Below, in pieces: positions 15,160 through 24,727 of a DNA stretch of 40,860 nucleotides. The notes under the pieces are model-generated. The model saw only the letters and a program-made list of their open reading frames with translations. It searched no databases and was not told where the DNA came from. A program made the position numbers and the translations under genes. This DNA is from Flavobacteriales bacterium (lineage in GTDB: Bacteria > Bacteroidota > Bacteroidia > Flavobacteriales > Flavobacteriaceae), in the NCBI GenBank assembly GCA_015494775.1, contig WGAP01000046.1, positions 1 through 40,860 of the forward strand, read 5' to 3'. Position 1 is the first letter of the stretch. The number at the start of each line of letters is the position of its first letter.

Positions 15160-17492
15160 AGAAACCAAGCAAACCACCCATCATCCATCATCCCTGGAAA
15201 ATCATCACCGACCGGTTTGATCCTGCTTTTATCCCGGCCTACGAAAGTATTTTCAGCATCGGAAACGGCTATATGGGTCAGCGTGCCAATTTTGAAGAGG
15301 ATTATTCGGGACCGCATCTGCAAGGTACATACATAGGCGGAATTTATTACCCCGACAAAACCCGTGTGGGCTGGTGGAAAGTGGGTTACCCCGAATATTT
15401 TGCCAAGGTGCCTAACAGTCCCAACTGGATTGGTATTCACATCCAAGTGGGCGACGAAATTTTGGATTTGGCCAAGGGACAAGTAACGGATTTCCGTATG
15501 GAATTGGATATGCAAACCGATGTTTTGACCCGGGAACTTAGCTTTCGTTTCCCTTCGGGAAAAGACATCTGCATCCAAAGCCAACGTTTTATCAGTATGC
15601 ACACCAAGTCCCTGGGCGTCATTCGATATCGCATTACTCCGATAAATTTCGATGAAACAATAAAAATTTCTCCCTACCTCGACGGCGGCATAAAAAACAG
15701 CGACGCTAACTATGGCGAATATTTTTGGGATGTTCAACAAATCCTTACAGGTCAAGACCATGATGCTTACCTGATTGCCGAAACCCGCAAAACCCGTTTC
15801 GGCGTATGCACCGGCATGCAAAATCGATTCTATGTTAATGGCAAAGCCATTACTCCACCGAAAATTACGATTAAATCCGACAAAAAAATCACTTTTGATT
15901 ATTCCATCCCGCTCCGCCAAGGCGACATATTGATTTTGGAAAAATATGCCGTGGTAACCCACACTTTAAATTATCCGTATGATCAATTGCAGGACGAAAA
16001 CCGGGAAATCCTGAAAAAAGCGGCCGGTAACGGATGGGAAAAACTTTTGCAAAATCATATCAATGCCTGGAAAAAAATATGGGAAACGGCCGATGTTCAA
16101 ATCCAAGGTGACGTGGCCGCCCAGCAAGGCATTCGGTATAATATTTTACAACTCAATCACACCTACACCGGCCACGACCCGCGGCTCAACATCGGCCCCA
16201 AGGGATTTACGGGCGAAAAATACGGCGGAGGAACTTACTGGGACACCGAGGCCTTTTGCCTGCCTTTTTATCTGGGCACCAAAAACAAGGAGGTGGCCAA
16301 GAACCTACTCCTTTACCGTTTCCGTCATCTTCCCAAGGCCATCGAAAACGCCGAAAAACTGGGCTTTTCGGGCGGTGCCGCTCTTTACCCCATGGTTACC
16401 ATGAACGGCGAGGAAAGTCATAACGAATGGGAAATTACCTTCGAAGAAATTCATCGCAACGGTGCTATTGTTTACGCCATTTACAATTATGTCAACTATA
16501 CGGGCGACGAAAGCTATATCCGTGATTACGGCATGGAAGTAATGATTGCCATTGCCCGCTTTTGGGCGCAGCGTTTCGGCTTTTCCAAACCCAAAGGAAA
16601 ATATGTTCTTCTGGGCGTTACCGGTCCCAACGAATACGAAAATAATGTCAACAACAACTGGTACACGGCCTACATCGCCCGGTGGAATTTGGAATACACA
16701 CTCGATTGGATAGAACGCTTGCGTATCGAACATCCCGAACATTGGAAACGAATTGAAAAACTGACAGGCCTCCGTCCCGACGAAATACAGCATTGGCGCG
16801 AATTGTCGGCCAACATATATTTTCCCTATGACCCGGAGCGTCAAATCTATCTGCAACAAGACGGATTTTTGGACAAGGAAATCCGACCCGCTTCAACAAT
16901 CCCCGACGAGCAACGCCCGATCAACCAACATTGGTCATGGGACCGGATACTACGTTCCTGTTTCATCAAACAAGCCGATGTGCTTCAAGGGATGTATTTC
17001 TTCGAAAATCATTTCACCCGCGACTCGTTAAAACGCCATTTCGATTTCTACGAACCACTCACCGTTCACGAATCCTCTTTGTCGCCATGTGTGCATGCCG
17101 TGCTGGCTTCCGCCTTGGATATGGACCAAAAGGCCTACGAACTTTACCTGCGCACCGCCCGCTTGGATTTGGACGACTACAATGCCGAAGTGCACGAAGG
17201 CCTTCACATCACCAGCATGGCCGGCACGTGGATGGCCGTGGTGCAAGGTTTCGGGGGGATGCGCACCTTTGACGGTCAACTTTCGTTCCGGCCCAAGTTG
17301 CCGAAGGCATGGACATCGCTCGGTTTTAAAATCAACTATCGCGATAGGTTGCTTCGGGTGTACATTACGAGACAAAGCGTAAAAATCGAAAACCTTTCGG
17401 ATAAACCCGTCCGCTTTCGTTTGTTCGAAAACGAAATTCACCTCCCCGGCGGGGAACACACCGAATTATCCTTTCAAAAACACAATGCATGA
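15156..17492 (+). CDS. GH65 maltose phosphorylase (family call firm; substrate inferred from context)
   Basis: The ATG at 15156 overlaps the pgmB stop. The product is 778 aa and GH65-like throughout, for example 'FTGEKYGGGTYWDTEAF' and 'HITSMAGTWMAVVQGFGG'. It is adjacent to pgmB. The ORF-track start at 15000 is an out-of-context extension inside pgmB. Confidence 0.85.
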   Translation: MKKPSKPPIIHHPWKIITDRFDPAFIPAYESIFSIGNGYMGQRANFEEDYSGPHLQGTYIGGIYYPDKTRVGWWKVGYPEYFAKVPNSPNWIGIHIQVGDEILDLAKGQVTDFRMELDMQTDVLTRELSFRFPSGKDICIQSQRFISMHTKSLGVIRYRITPINFDETIKISPYLDGGIKNSDANYGEYFWDVQQILTGQDHDAYLIAETRKTRFGVCTGMQNRFYVNGKAITPPKITIKSDKKITFDYSIPLRQGDILILEKYAVVTHTLNYPYDQLQDENREILKKAAGNGWEKLLQNHINAWKKIWETADVQIQGDVAAQQGIRYNILQLNHTYTGHDPRLNIGPKGFTGEKYGGGTYWDTEAFCLPFYLGTKNKEVAKNLLLYRFRHLPKAIENAEKLGFSGGAALYPMVTMNGEESHNEWEITFEEIHRNGAIVYAIYNYVNYTGDESYIRDYGMEVMIAIARFWAQRFGFSKPKGKYVLLGVTGPNEYENNVNNNWYTAYIARWNLEYTLDWIERLRIEHPEHWKRIEKLTGLRPDEIQHWRELSANIYFPYDPERQIYLQQDGFLDKEIRPASTIPDEQRPINQHWSWDRILRSCFIKQADVLQGMYFFENHFTRDSLKRHFDFYEPLTVHESSLSPCVHAVLASALDMDQKAYELYLRTARLDLDDYNAEVHEGLHITSMAGTWMAVVQGFGGMRTFDGQLSFRPKLPKAWTSLGFKINYRDRLLRVYITRQSVKIENLSDKPVRFRLFENEIHLPGGEHTELSFQKHNA

Positions 17493-19348
17493 AACCTTAT
17501 GCAGGCATACTGCTATTGGTATGGATGACGTCTCTCGCTCGGGCGCAATTCCAACGTGTCGAACCGCCTTTTTGGTGGGCGGGCATGCCCGTTGACACCC
17601 TCGAAATTATGTTTTACGGACGGAATGCCGGGGAAATGAATATTACATCACCCGATGCCCGAATCATCAGGCAAATACATCCGCCCAATGCCCGTTATTT
17701 GTTGGTGGATATTGATACCCGTCATTTGAAACCGGGAACAATTCATTTCTTTTTTGAAAATAATAAAGGAAAAAAATTTCGCTACGATTATCCTGTCAAA
17801 CAACGAACCGATACATCACGTCATCCCTGTGGATTCGATAGCGGTGATGTGATTTACCTGCTGATGCCCGATCGCTTTGCCAACGGAAATCCGGCTAACG
17901 ATAACCATCCGTCAATGGCCGAAAAGGCCGAACGAACCAATCCCGGTGGGCGCCATGGGGGTGATTTGGAAGGAATTATCCGGCATTTGGACTATCTGAA
18001 AGATTTGGGCATTACCACCCTGTGGCTCACTCCCGTGTTTACCGACAACGAACCGGTTTATTCCTATCACGGCTACGCCGCAACCGATTATTACAACATC
18101 GATCCGCGACTGGGAACCAATGAAGATTACCGCCGTTTGGTCATAGCCACCCACCGGCAAGGACTCAAAATCATTATGGATTATGTTACCAACCATGCCG
18201 GACTTCACCACTGGTGGGTCCAAGACCCGCCTTATCCGCAATGGATTCACCGATGGCCGGACGATTCAACAGGGTTCAGGCGCAGCGGCTACCGCACCGA
18301 AAGCGTTTTCGACCCGCACGGAAGTCATGCAGACCGCCGGTCGGCCATTCGTGGTTGGTTCGACCGTTCCATGCCCGATTTGAATTTGGAACAACCGCAA
18401 CTGTGGCGTTATTTGCTCCAAAACGCTCTTTGGTGGATTGAATATGCCGGCATCGACGGCCTGCGTATCGACACCTATCCCTACAATCCGCCCCGAGCCA
18501 TGGCACAATGGGTAAAGGCACTGCGCAAGGTGTATCCACGGCTCGGCATCGTGGGTGAAACCTGGTTTCATCAATCGGGCCAAATCGCCCTGTGGCAAAA
18601 AAACAGTCCCGTAGCACGGGCAACCGGTTTTCCCGCCGCACTGCCCGTGGTCATGGATTTTACGCTTTATGATGCTATACGCCAAATGTTCGCCGAAAAA
18701 CAACAAAATGGGAATCACGGCATGGCACGGGCTTACGAAAATTATGTCAATGATTTCCTTTATGCCCGGCCGCAAAATATCTTGGTTTTTGCCGGAAATC
18801 ACGATGTTTCCCGCATACGTTCGGTTGTGAATAATGACTTCGACAAGTACAAATTGGCCCTTTGCCTGATATTATGCGGTCGTGGGATTCCCCAACTGTA
18901 TTACGGAGACGAAATCGGTATGACCGGACGCAAAGAACAAGGCGACGGTTATTTGCGTAAAGATTTTCCCGGCGGCTGGCCCGGCGACACGAACAATGCC
19001 TTTTCGCCCGACGGACGAACCGCCGATCAAAAACAATATTTCGATTTTACTCGGCATCTCCTGCACATCCGAAAGAATTCACAGGCCCTGCGCTACGGAA
19101 AAATGCTTCAATTCGCCCCGCAAAACAATGTCTATGTGTTTTTCCGTCAAACGCCCGGCGAACAAATCATGGTGGTCGTCAACAATAGCAACCGCGCTCA
19201 AAACCTGAAACTCGACCGTTTTTCCGAAGTCCTTGGTGCCAATGCCTCGGGCAAAGAACTTTTGACCGGACGACAGATAAAACTTTCCGGTTCCTTGCAC
19301 ATTCCGTCCGAAACCTTTATGCTTATTCATATTAATTCCAAGCCATGA
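17489..19348 (+). CDS. Periplasmic GH13 cyclomaltodextrinase/neopullulanase-like enzyme
   Basis: ATGA overlap with the GH65 gene, and a signal peptide. 'FQRVEPPFWWAGM' is a cyclomaltodextrinase N-domain-type motif. GH13 regions 'DYVTNHAG', 'GLRIDTYPY', 'GETW' and 'AGNHDVSR'. Confidence 0.85.
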   Translation: MKPYAGILLLVWMTSLARAQFQRVEPPFWWAGMPVDTLEIMFYGRNAGEMNITSPDARIIRQIHPPNARYLLVDIDTRHLKPGTIHFFFENNKGKKFRYDYPVKQRTDTSRHPCGFDSGDVIYLLMPDRFANGNPANDNHPSMAEKAERTNPGGRHGGDLEGIIRHLDYLKDLGITTLWLTPVFTDNEPVYSYHGYAATDYYNIDPRLGTNEDYRRLVIATHRQGLKIIMDYVTNHAGLHHWWVQDPPYPQWIHRWPDDSTGFRRSGYRTESVFDPHGSHADRRSAIRGWFDRSMPDLNLEQPQLWRYLLQNALWWIEYAGIDGLRIDTYPYNPPRAMAQWVKALRKVYPRLGIVGETWFHQSGQIALWQKNSPVARATGFPAALPVVMDFTLYDAIRQMFAEKQQNGNHGMARAYENYVNDFLYARPQNILVFAGNHDVSRIRSVVNNDFDKYKLALCLILCGRGIPQLYYGDEIGMTGRKEQGDGYLRKDFPGGWPGDTNNAFSPDGRTADQKQYFDFTRHLLHIRKNSQALRYGKMLQFAPQNNVYVFFRQTPGEQIMVVVNNSNRAQNLKLDRFSEVLGANASGKELLTGRQIKLSGSLHIPSETFMLIHINSKP

Positions 19349-21591
19349 AATCAAAATGGTTATTCATATTATTCCCCATACTTTTCCTCGGTTCCTGCCG
19401 TAAAAATCAACAGCCGGACCGGAAAAATCCGTCGGAACTCCGCCTAGTTTCGCCGATTTACCTTCAACCGGACACCACTCGGATTATTTTGTCCGATTAT
19501 ATTCCGCATTTCACATCCGTACAAAAAATACATTCAAGCTCCCGGATAAAAATCATTTGGAGCCAGGACGCCGATACCGCTTTGATAATTGCCCGAAAAA
19601 ACATTCGTCCGGTCGAAAATCTTCGCATTCACGCCGGTCGTCAATCCATCGATATTCCCTTGTTTCGCAGCACATTGCAGCAAATCACATTCCGCTTACC
19701 CGATTCGGAACATTATCATCAAGTAGCCATCAAAGCCGATTTTACGGGTTGGCAAAGCATCCCCATGCACAAGGAAAATAAGGTTTGGTCATATACCACC
19801 CTACTCGACCCGGGACAATATCCATATTTGTTCGTGGCGGATGGGCGCGAAATGCTCGACCCTGCCAATCCCGTTCATGTACCCAACGGTTTGGGCGGAC
19901 AAAACAGCGTTTTGAATATTGATTTCAACAATGACAAACGCCCCCGTCTGGATTTCGGTCATATCCTTCCCCGTGGATTTAGTCTGATAGTTCAAAATCA
20001 CACGGATAATATTCTGGTATATTTCGATAATCATTTCATTGAAAACAAAACCGGAATAACCGATGATTCGGTATATATTTCCTTGCCCAAAACCTTCACG
20101 GATTACCATTTTCTGCGTATTTATGCCTGTAACGACTACGGCCGAAGCAATGATTTGATTATTCCGCTCCACGATGGCCATATCATTACGAATAGCGACG
20201 AATTATCATCATCCGATTTCCGGAAAATGATTATTTACAACATTATGATCGACCGCTGGGCCGACGGGAATCCCGGCAATAACCGCCCCGTAGCGTCCGA
20301 CAGTGTTTTGCCCAAGGTAAATTTCCACGGCGGCGATCTTTGGGGTATTGATAAGCATCTTCAATCGGGTTATTTCGACAGCTTGGGTGTCAATACGTTA
20401 TGGATTTCACCCCTGATGCGCAATCCCGATGGCGCTTGGGGGCATTGGCCGCATCCGCCCACAAAATTTACGGGCTATCACGGTTATTGGCCCGTGTCCA
20501 ACATCCATATCGATTCCCGTTTCGGTTCGGAAAAAATCTTACATCAATTACTCAACCATGCCCACGCGCGCGGGATGAAGGTCTTGCTGGACTATGTGGC
20601 CAATCATGTGCATAAATTACATCCGGTTTACCGGCAACACCCCGAATGGTTTACTCCGCTACGACTGCCCGACGGCACTTTAAACCTCCAAAAATGGGAC
20701 GAACACCGGCTTACCACCTGGTTTGATACTTTCCTGCCCACCTTTGACTTTTCGCAGCACCGGGTGGTGGACGTCATGACCGACTCGGCCCTGTATTGGC
20801 TGAAAAATTATCCCCTTGACGGCTTCCGGCACGATGCCACCAAGCATATCCAAACCGATTATTGGCGCACTTTGACCCGTAAAATCAAATTACGCATCCC
20901 GCATCCCGTTTTTCAAATCGGCGAAACCTACGGGAGTCCGCAATTGATACGCAGCTATGTGGGTAGCGGCATGCTCGACGCTCAGTTTGACTTTAACCTC
21001 TATGATGCCGCCGTTCGCTGCTTTGCCATGTCGGGAAAATATGCCCCGGATTTGGCCGGTGCTATGAACGAAAGCTTGTTCTATTACGGCTGCCACCATT
21101 TGATGGGTAATATTTCGGGCAATCAGGACCGCGTCCGCTTTATCAGCTATGCCTCGGGCGATGTGCGTTTCGACGAAGACGGCAAACAGGCCGGATGGGA
21201 ACGTCATATCACCGTAAGCAATGACACGGCCTACCGCCGTTTGGCCTTGCTTCACGCCTTCAATTTTTCGGTTCCCGGCATACCCGTTATTTACTACGGC
21301 GATGAATTCGGCATGCCCGGCGCCAACGACCCCGACAACCGCCGAATGATGCGCTTCGAAAACCGGTGGAATAAAGCTGAAAAGGAACTTTTCCACACCA
21401 CTGCCCGCCTGGCCCGGATGCGTAGCCGGCACATGGCCTTACTTTACGGCACAACGCAAATCAAAGCCCGAAATAATTTATTGATAATCCGTCGCAAATA
21501 CTTCAACGAAACCTACACCATACGCATCAATCCCAATCCCTTCGAAGTACAAAACCTGAAAGCTTACAGCTATGAAATACTTTGGCAATAA
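19345..21591 (+). CDS. GH13 alpha-glucan hydrolase lipoprotein with N-terminal CBM48/E-set-like domain
   Basis: ATGA overlap with the upstream gene and lipobox 'ILFLGSCRK'. 'VAIKADFTGWQSIPM...GQYPYLFVADG' is CBM48-like. GH13 regions 'DYVANHV', 'GFRHDATKH', 'IGETYG' and 'GNQDRVRF'. Confidence 0.85.
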   Translation: MKSKWLFILFPILFLGSCRKNQQPDRKNPSELRLVSPIYLQPDTTRIILSDYIPHFTSVQKIHSSSRIKIIWSQDADTALIIARKNIRPVENLRIHAGRQSIDIPLFRSTLQQITFRLPDSEHYHQVAIKADFTGWQSIPMHKENKVWSYTTLLDPGQYPYLFVADGREMLDPANPVHVPNGLGGQNSVLNIDFNNDKRPRLDFGHILPRGFSLIVQNHTDNILVYFDNHFIENKTGITDDSVYISLPKTFTDYHFLRIYACNDYGRSNDLIIPLHDGHIITNSDELSSSDFRKMIIYNIMIDRWADGNPGNNRPVASDSVLPKVNFHGGDLWGIDKHLQSGYFDSLGVNTLWISPLMRNPDGAWGHWPHPPTKFTGYHGYWPVSNIHIDSRFGSEKILHQLLNHAHARGMKVLLDYVANHVHKLHPVYRQHPEWFTPLRLPDGTLNLQKWDEHRLTTWFDTFLPTFDFSQHRVVDVMTDSALYWLKNYPLDGFRHDATKHIQTDYWRTLTRKIKLRIPHPVFQIGETYGSPQLIRSYVGSGMLDAQFDFNLYDAAVRCFAMSGKYAPDLAGAMNESLFYYGCHHLMGNISGNQDRVRFISYASGDVRFDEDGKQAGWERHITVSNDTAYRRLALLHAFNFSVPGIPVIYYGDEFGMPGANDPDNRRMMRFENRWNKAEKELFHTTARLARMRSRHMALLYGTTQIKARNNLLIIRRKYFNETYTIRINPNPFEVQNLKAYSYEILWQ

Positions 21592-23008
21592 ATTTATGTT
21601 TTTCGGATGGCTATTGTTTTTAATGAACATAGCTTGCAATAGCCCCGAACAAAAAAAAAACTTATCCCCTTCCCCCGCTCCACGACTATCGGACAGTCTG
21701 CTGGAAACGGCCGTGATTTATGAAGCCAACATTCGCCAATATTCACCCCAAGGCACTTTCCGTGCTTTTACCCGCGATATTCCCGTGCTTAAACAACTGG
21801 GTGTCAAAATCCTGTGGCTTATGCCCATTTATCCCATTTCGGAAAAACGTCGCAAAGCCACCGGCGATAAGTTCGTTAACCAAATTTTCGACCCCGCTCA
21901 ACGCAAAAAATACTTGGGCAGTCCCTACGCCGTAGCCGATTATTATGCCGTTAATCCCGACATGGGCACCGAAAAGGATTTGTCCGAATTAATTCAAACG
22001 GCTCACAATAACGGCATGTTGGTTATTTTGGACTGGGTGGCCAATCATACGGGTTGGGACAATCCGTGGATATTCGAACATCCCGAATATTACACCCATA
22101 ATGCCCGCGGCGAAATTACCGACCCGCTCAACCCCGACGGCTCATCCAAAGGTTGGAAAGACGTGGCCGACCTTAATTATGACAATCCCGGACTGCGCCG
22201 GGCCATGACCGATGCCATGACCTATTGGGTAAAGAAATTCGACATCGACGGATTTCGTTGCGACGTGGCCGGTGAAGTTCCCGTAGATTTTTGGCGTCAA
22301 GCCATTCATCGCCTTCGTCGCATCAAACCCCTGTTTATGCTGGCCGAAGCCTGGGAACCCGAATTAATGCACGACAGTTTGTTCGATATGTGCTACGGAT
22401 GGGAAGCCCACTTCCTCCTGGCCGATATGTGCCGGGACCGTAAATCCGTAGCGGATTGGGACAATTATATCCGAAAAATCGACACACTTTACGAACCGGA
22501 CGATATCTTGATGTATTTTACTTCCAACCACGACGAAAACAGCTGGAAAGGTACCGTTTACGAAACCTTTGGCGACGCTTGGGAATTGGCCGCCGCTCTT
22601 ACCTACACCGTCAAGGGCATGCCTTTGCTATACAGCGGTCAGGAATACGGACTTAACCACCGGTTGAAATTTTTTGAAAAAGACAGCATTCCGAAAAAAC
22701 GCGGACATGAATTTGCCCTTTACCGGAAATTGGGCCGACTCAAAAATACTTATCCGGCCTTGAACGGCGGAAAACATCCCGCCGCCTACCGGCGATTGAA
22801 CTGCAACAATCCGCATATTCTTGTTTTCGAACGGCAAAAAGACGGCAAACGACTCATTTTTGCCGGAAATTTCTCCGCCCAAGACCAAGGTTTCAGGGTG
22901 GAAATCCAAGGTGCGTTCCACGATGCCTTTTCGGGTGATACCATTAGATTCGACCGTCATCCCCAAGTCAACCTCAAACCCTGGGACTACCGGATATGGA
23001 TACAATAA
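21572..23008 (+). CDS. GH13 alpha-amylase lipoprotein
   Basis: GH13 regions 'LDWVANHTG', 'GFRCDVAGEV', 'LAEAWE' and 'FTSNHDEN', with lipobox 'LFLMNIACNS'. The alternative ATG at 21596 would remove the 20-nt overlap with the upstream gene. Confidence 0.85.
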   Translation: MKYFGNKFMFFGWLLFLMNIACNSPEQKKNLSPSPAPRLSDSLLETAVIYEANIRQYSPQGTFRAFTRDIPVLKQLGVKILWLMPIYPISEKRRKATGDKFVNQIFDPAQRKKYLGSPYAVADYYAVNPDMGTEKDLSELIQTAHNNGMLVILDWVANHTGWDNPWIFEHPEYYTHNARGEITDPLNPDGSSKGWKDVADLNYDNPGLRRAMTDAMTYWVKKFDIDGFRCDVAGEVPVDFWRQAIHRLRRIKPLFMLAEAWEPELMHDSLFDMCYGWEAHFLLADMCRDRKSVADWDNYIRKIDTLYEPDDILMYFTSNHDENSWKGTVYETFGDAWELAAALTYTVKGMPLLYSGQEYGLNHRLKFFEKDSIPKKRGHEFALYRKLGRLKNTYPALNGGKHPAAYRRLNCNNPHILVFERQKDGKRLIFAGNFSAQDQGFRVEIQGAFHDAFSGDTIRFDRHPQVNLKPWDYRIWIQ

Positions 23009-23871
23009 ATGACCGCTACATCCTCATTGCCGACGGCGGTTCCACCAAAGCCGACTGGCGGCTATTGGGCCCGGACGGAAAAAGGGCGGCCGATTTTCAA
23101 ACACCGGGACTTAATCCCGAAATCCTTACCGACGAACAAATCCGCAGGCGGCTGCAAAAAATACAAGTATTCCTGCCTCCGGCTTCACATATCGGACAAG
23201 TCTTTTTCTACGGCGCCGGATGCGGAACGCCTTCGGCCAAGGAAAAACTACGTAAATTATTCCGGGAATTCTTCCCCGCGGCCGATATTTTTGTGGAAGA
23301 AGATATGTTGGGCGCCGCAAGGGCCACCGCCGGAAAAAACGAAGGTATCGTAGCCATTTTGGGCACCGGCTCCAACGCTTGCTACTACGACGGCACGAAT
23401 TTATTCATGCACAATGTATCGTTGGGGTATCTGATTATGGACGAAGGAAGCGGAAACTACTTCGGCAAATTCCTGCTTCGCGATTATTACTACGGGCTGA
23501 TGCCCGCACATCTGCGCAAGGATTTCGCCTGGCAATTCCCCCTCGACCCCGACCATGTCAAGGCACAACTCTACCATTCGGATGCACCCAATGTTTATTT
23601 GGCTTCTTTTATGCCTTTTATGCACCGCTGGCGACACGAAACCTACATCCGCGACCTGCTTCAACGCGGTTTTTCGGATTTTATCCGTTTGCGCATTCTC
23701 CCTTACCCTGCGGCGGGGCGTGCACCTTTGTATTTTGTGGGTTCGGTGGCGCATTTTTTTGCCGATGAACTGCAATCGGCAGCCCGGGAGGCCGGCCTGA
23801 AAATCGAAAAAATCATTCAACGCCCTGCCGACGAACTGGCACGTTTCCATGCCGGAACGCTTAGGGACTGA
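22996..23871 (+). CDS. BadF/BadG/BcrA/BcrD-type ATPase (N-acetylglucosamine-kinase-like sugar kinase)
   Basis: ASKHA-fold motifs 'ILIADGGSTKADW', 'FYGAGCG' and 'ILGTGSNACYYDG'. It overlaps the upstream GH13 gene by 13 nt and is the last gene of the operon. Confidence 0.7.
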   Translation: MDTINDRYILIADGGSTKADWRLLGPDGKRAADFQTPGLNPEILTDEQIRRRLQKIQVFLPPASHIGQVFFYGAGCGTPSAKEKLRKLFREFFPAADIFVEEDMLGAARATAGKNEGIVAILGTGSNACYYDGTNLFMHNVSLGYLIMDEGSGNYFGKFLLRDYYYGLMPAHLRKDFAWQFPLDPDHVKAQLYHSDAPNVYLASFMPFMHRWRHETYIRDLLQRGFSDFIRLRILPYPAAGRAPLYFVGSVAHFFADELQSAAREAGLKIEKIIQRPADELARFHAGTLRD

Positions 23872-23982
23872 GATATTCATTTTGTAGGAAATTTTGGCGA
23901 ACCCTTCGCACCCATAAAGCGCTTCGGGACAAGTTCCGCAAGCCGTCGGGGCGCCCAAAAATAATTCAACTATGTAAAAAAT

Positions 23983-24327
23983 TTACATCATCCCCAACTG
24001 CAATTTGCCCTCCTCGCTGATAAAATCCTGACTCCACGGCGGGTCGAAAGTCAGTTCGATGTTGGCGGAACGGACGCCCGGAACGCCCGCCACGCGTGCA
24101 CGCACCTGCTCCACCAAGCCGTCGGCCACCGGACAATTGGGCGCCGTAAGCGTCATCTCAATGCTTACGTTCCGCTTGGGGTCGATGATGATGTTGTAAA
24201 TCAATCCCAGGTTGTAAATGTCCACCGGAATTTCGGGGTCGTAAATCGTTTTGAGCTGTTCGATGATCATGTTTTCCAACTCCTCGTTGCTCAGGTTTTC
24301 CAATTCCTCCTTGCTATAAGTTTTCAT
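23983..24327 (-). CDS. DUF59/SufT-like Fe-S cluster assembly protein
   Basis: 114 aa with 'IYDPEIPVDIYNLGLIY...IEMTLTAPNCPVADGL'. It overlaps the end of sufE by 14 nt. Confidence 0.8.
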   Translation of the reverse strand: MKTYSKEELENLSNEELENMIIEQLKTIYDPEIPVDIYNLGLIYNIIIDPKRNVSIEMTLTAPNCPVADGLVEQVRARVAGVPGVRSANIELTFDPPWSQDFISEEGKLQLGMM

Positions 24328-24727
24328 GGGCCAAAGCTTTTATACGTTGTATCACCGATGCCAATCCCATACGCCGCGTGGGCGAAAGGTGCTGCGGCAA
24401 ACCGATGGCATCCACCAGGTAAAAATCATAATCGGCAATTTCCCTGGGCGTATGACCGTTGACCAAATGCAGCAACAGGGCTATGACGCCCTGTCCCAGG
24501 ATAGCTTCGCTATCGCCTGTAAAATACAGGCGTCCGTCGCGCTTTTCGGCCTTTAACCATGAAGCCGATTGACATCCTTCCACCTTGGTTGCCGAGGTTT
24601 TGTCTTCGGGTGCTATGCGCGGCAATTCCGGCCGTAAATCCATGATATAATTATACTTGTCTTCCCATTCGGGAAGCATGGCAAAATCTTCGAGCAGTGC
24701 TTGTTCTTTTTCTTTGATACTTTTCAT
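24314..24727 (-). CDS. sufE: SufE-family sulfur acceptor
   Basis: 137 aa with 'VEGCQSASWL', 'FTGDSEAILGQGVIALL' and 'LPQHLSPTRRMGL'. ATGA overlap with sufD. Confidence 0.85.
   Translation of the reverse strand: MKSIKEKEQALLEDFAMLPEWEDKYNYIMDLRPELPRIAPEDKTSATKVEGCQSASWLKAEKRDGRLYFTGDSEAILGQGVIALLLHLVNGHTPREIADYDFYLVDAIGLPQHLSPTRRMGLASVIQRIKALAHENL

Noticed and set aside
17418-17437. Inverted repeat TTCGTTTGTTCGAAAACGAA resembling the half-site of the susC-side operator
   Set aside because: It lies inside the GH65 coding region near its 3' end and is only an imperfect inverted repeat. It is most likely coincidental.
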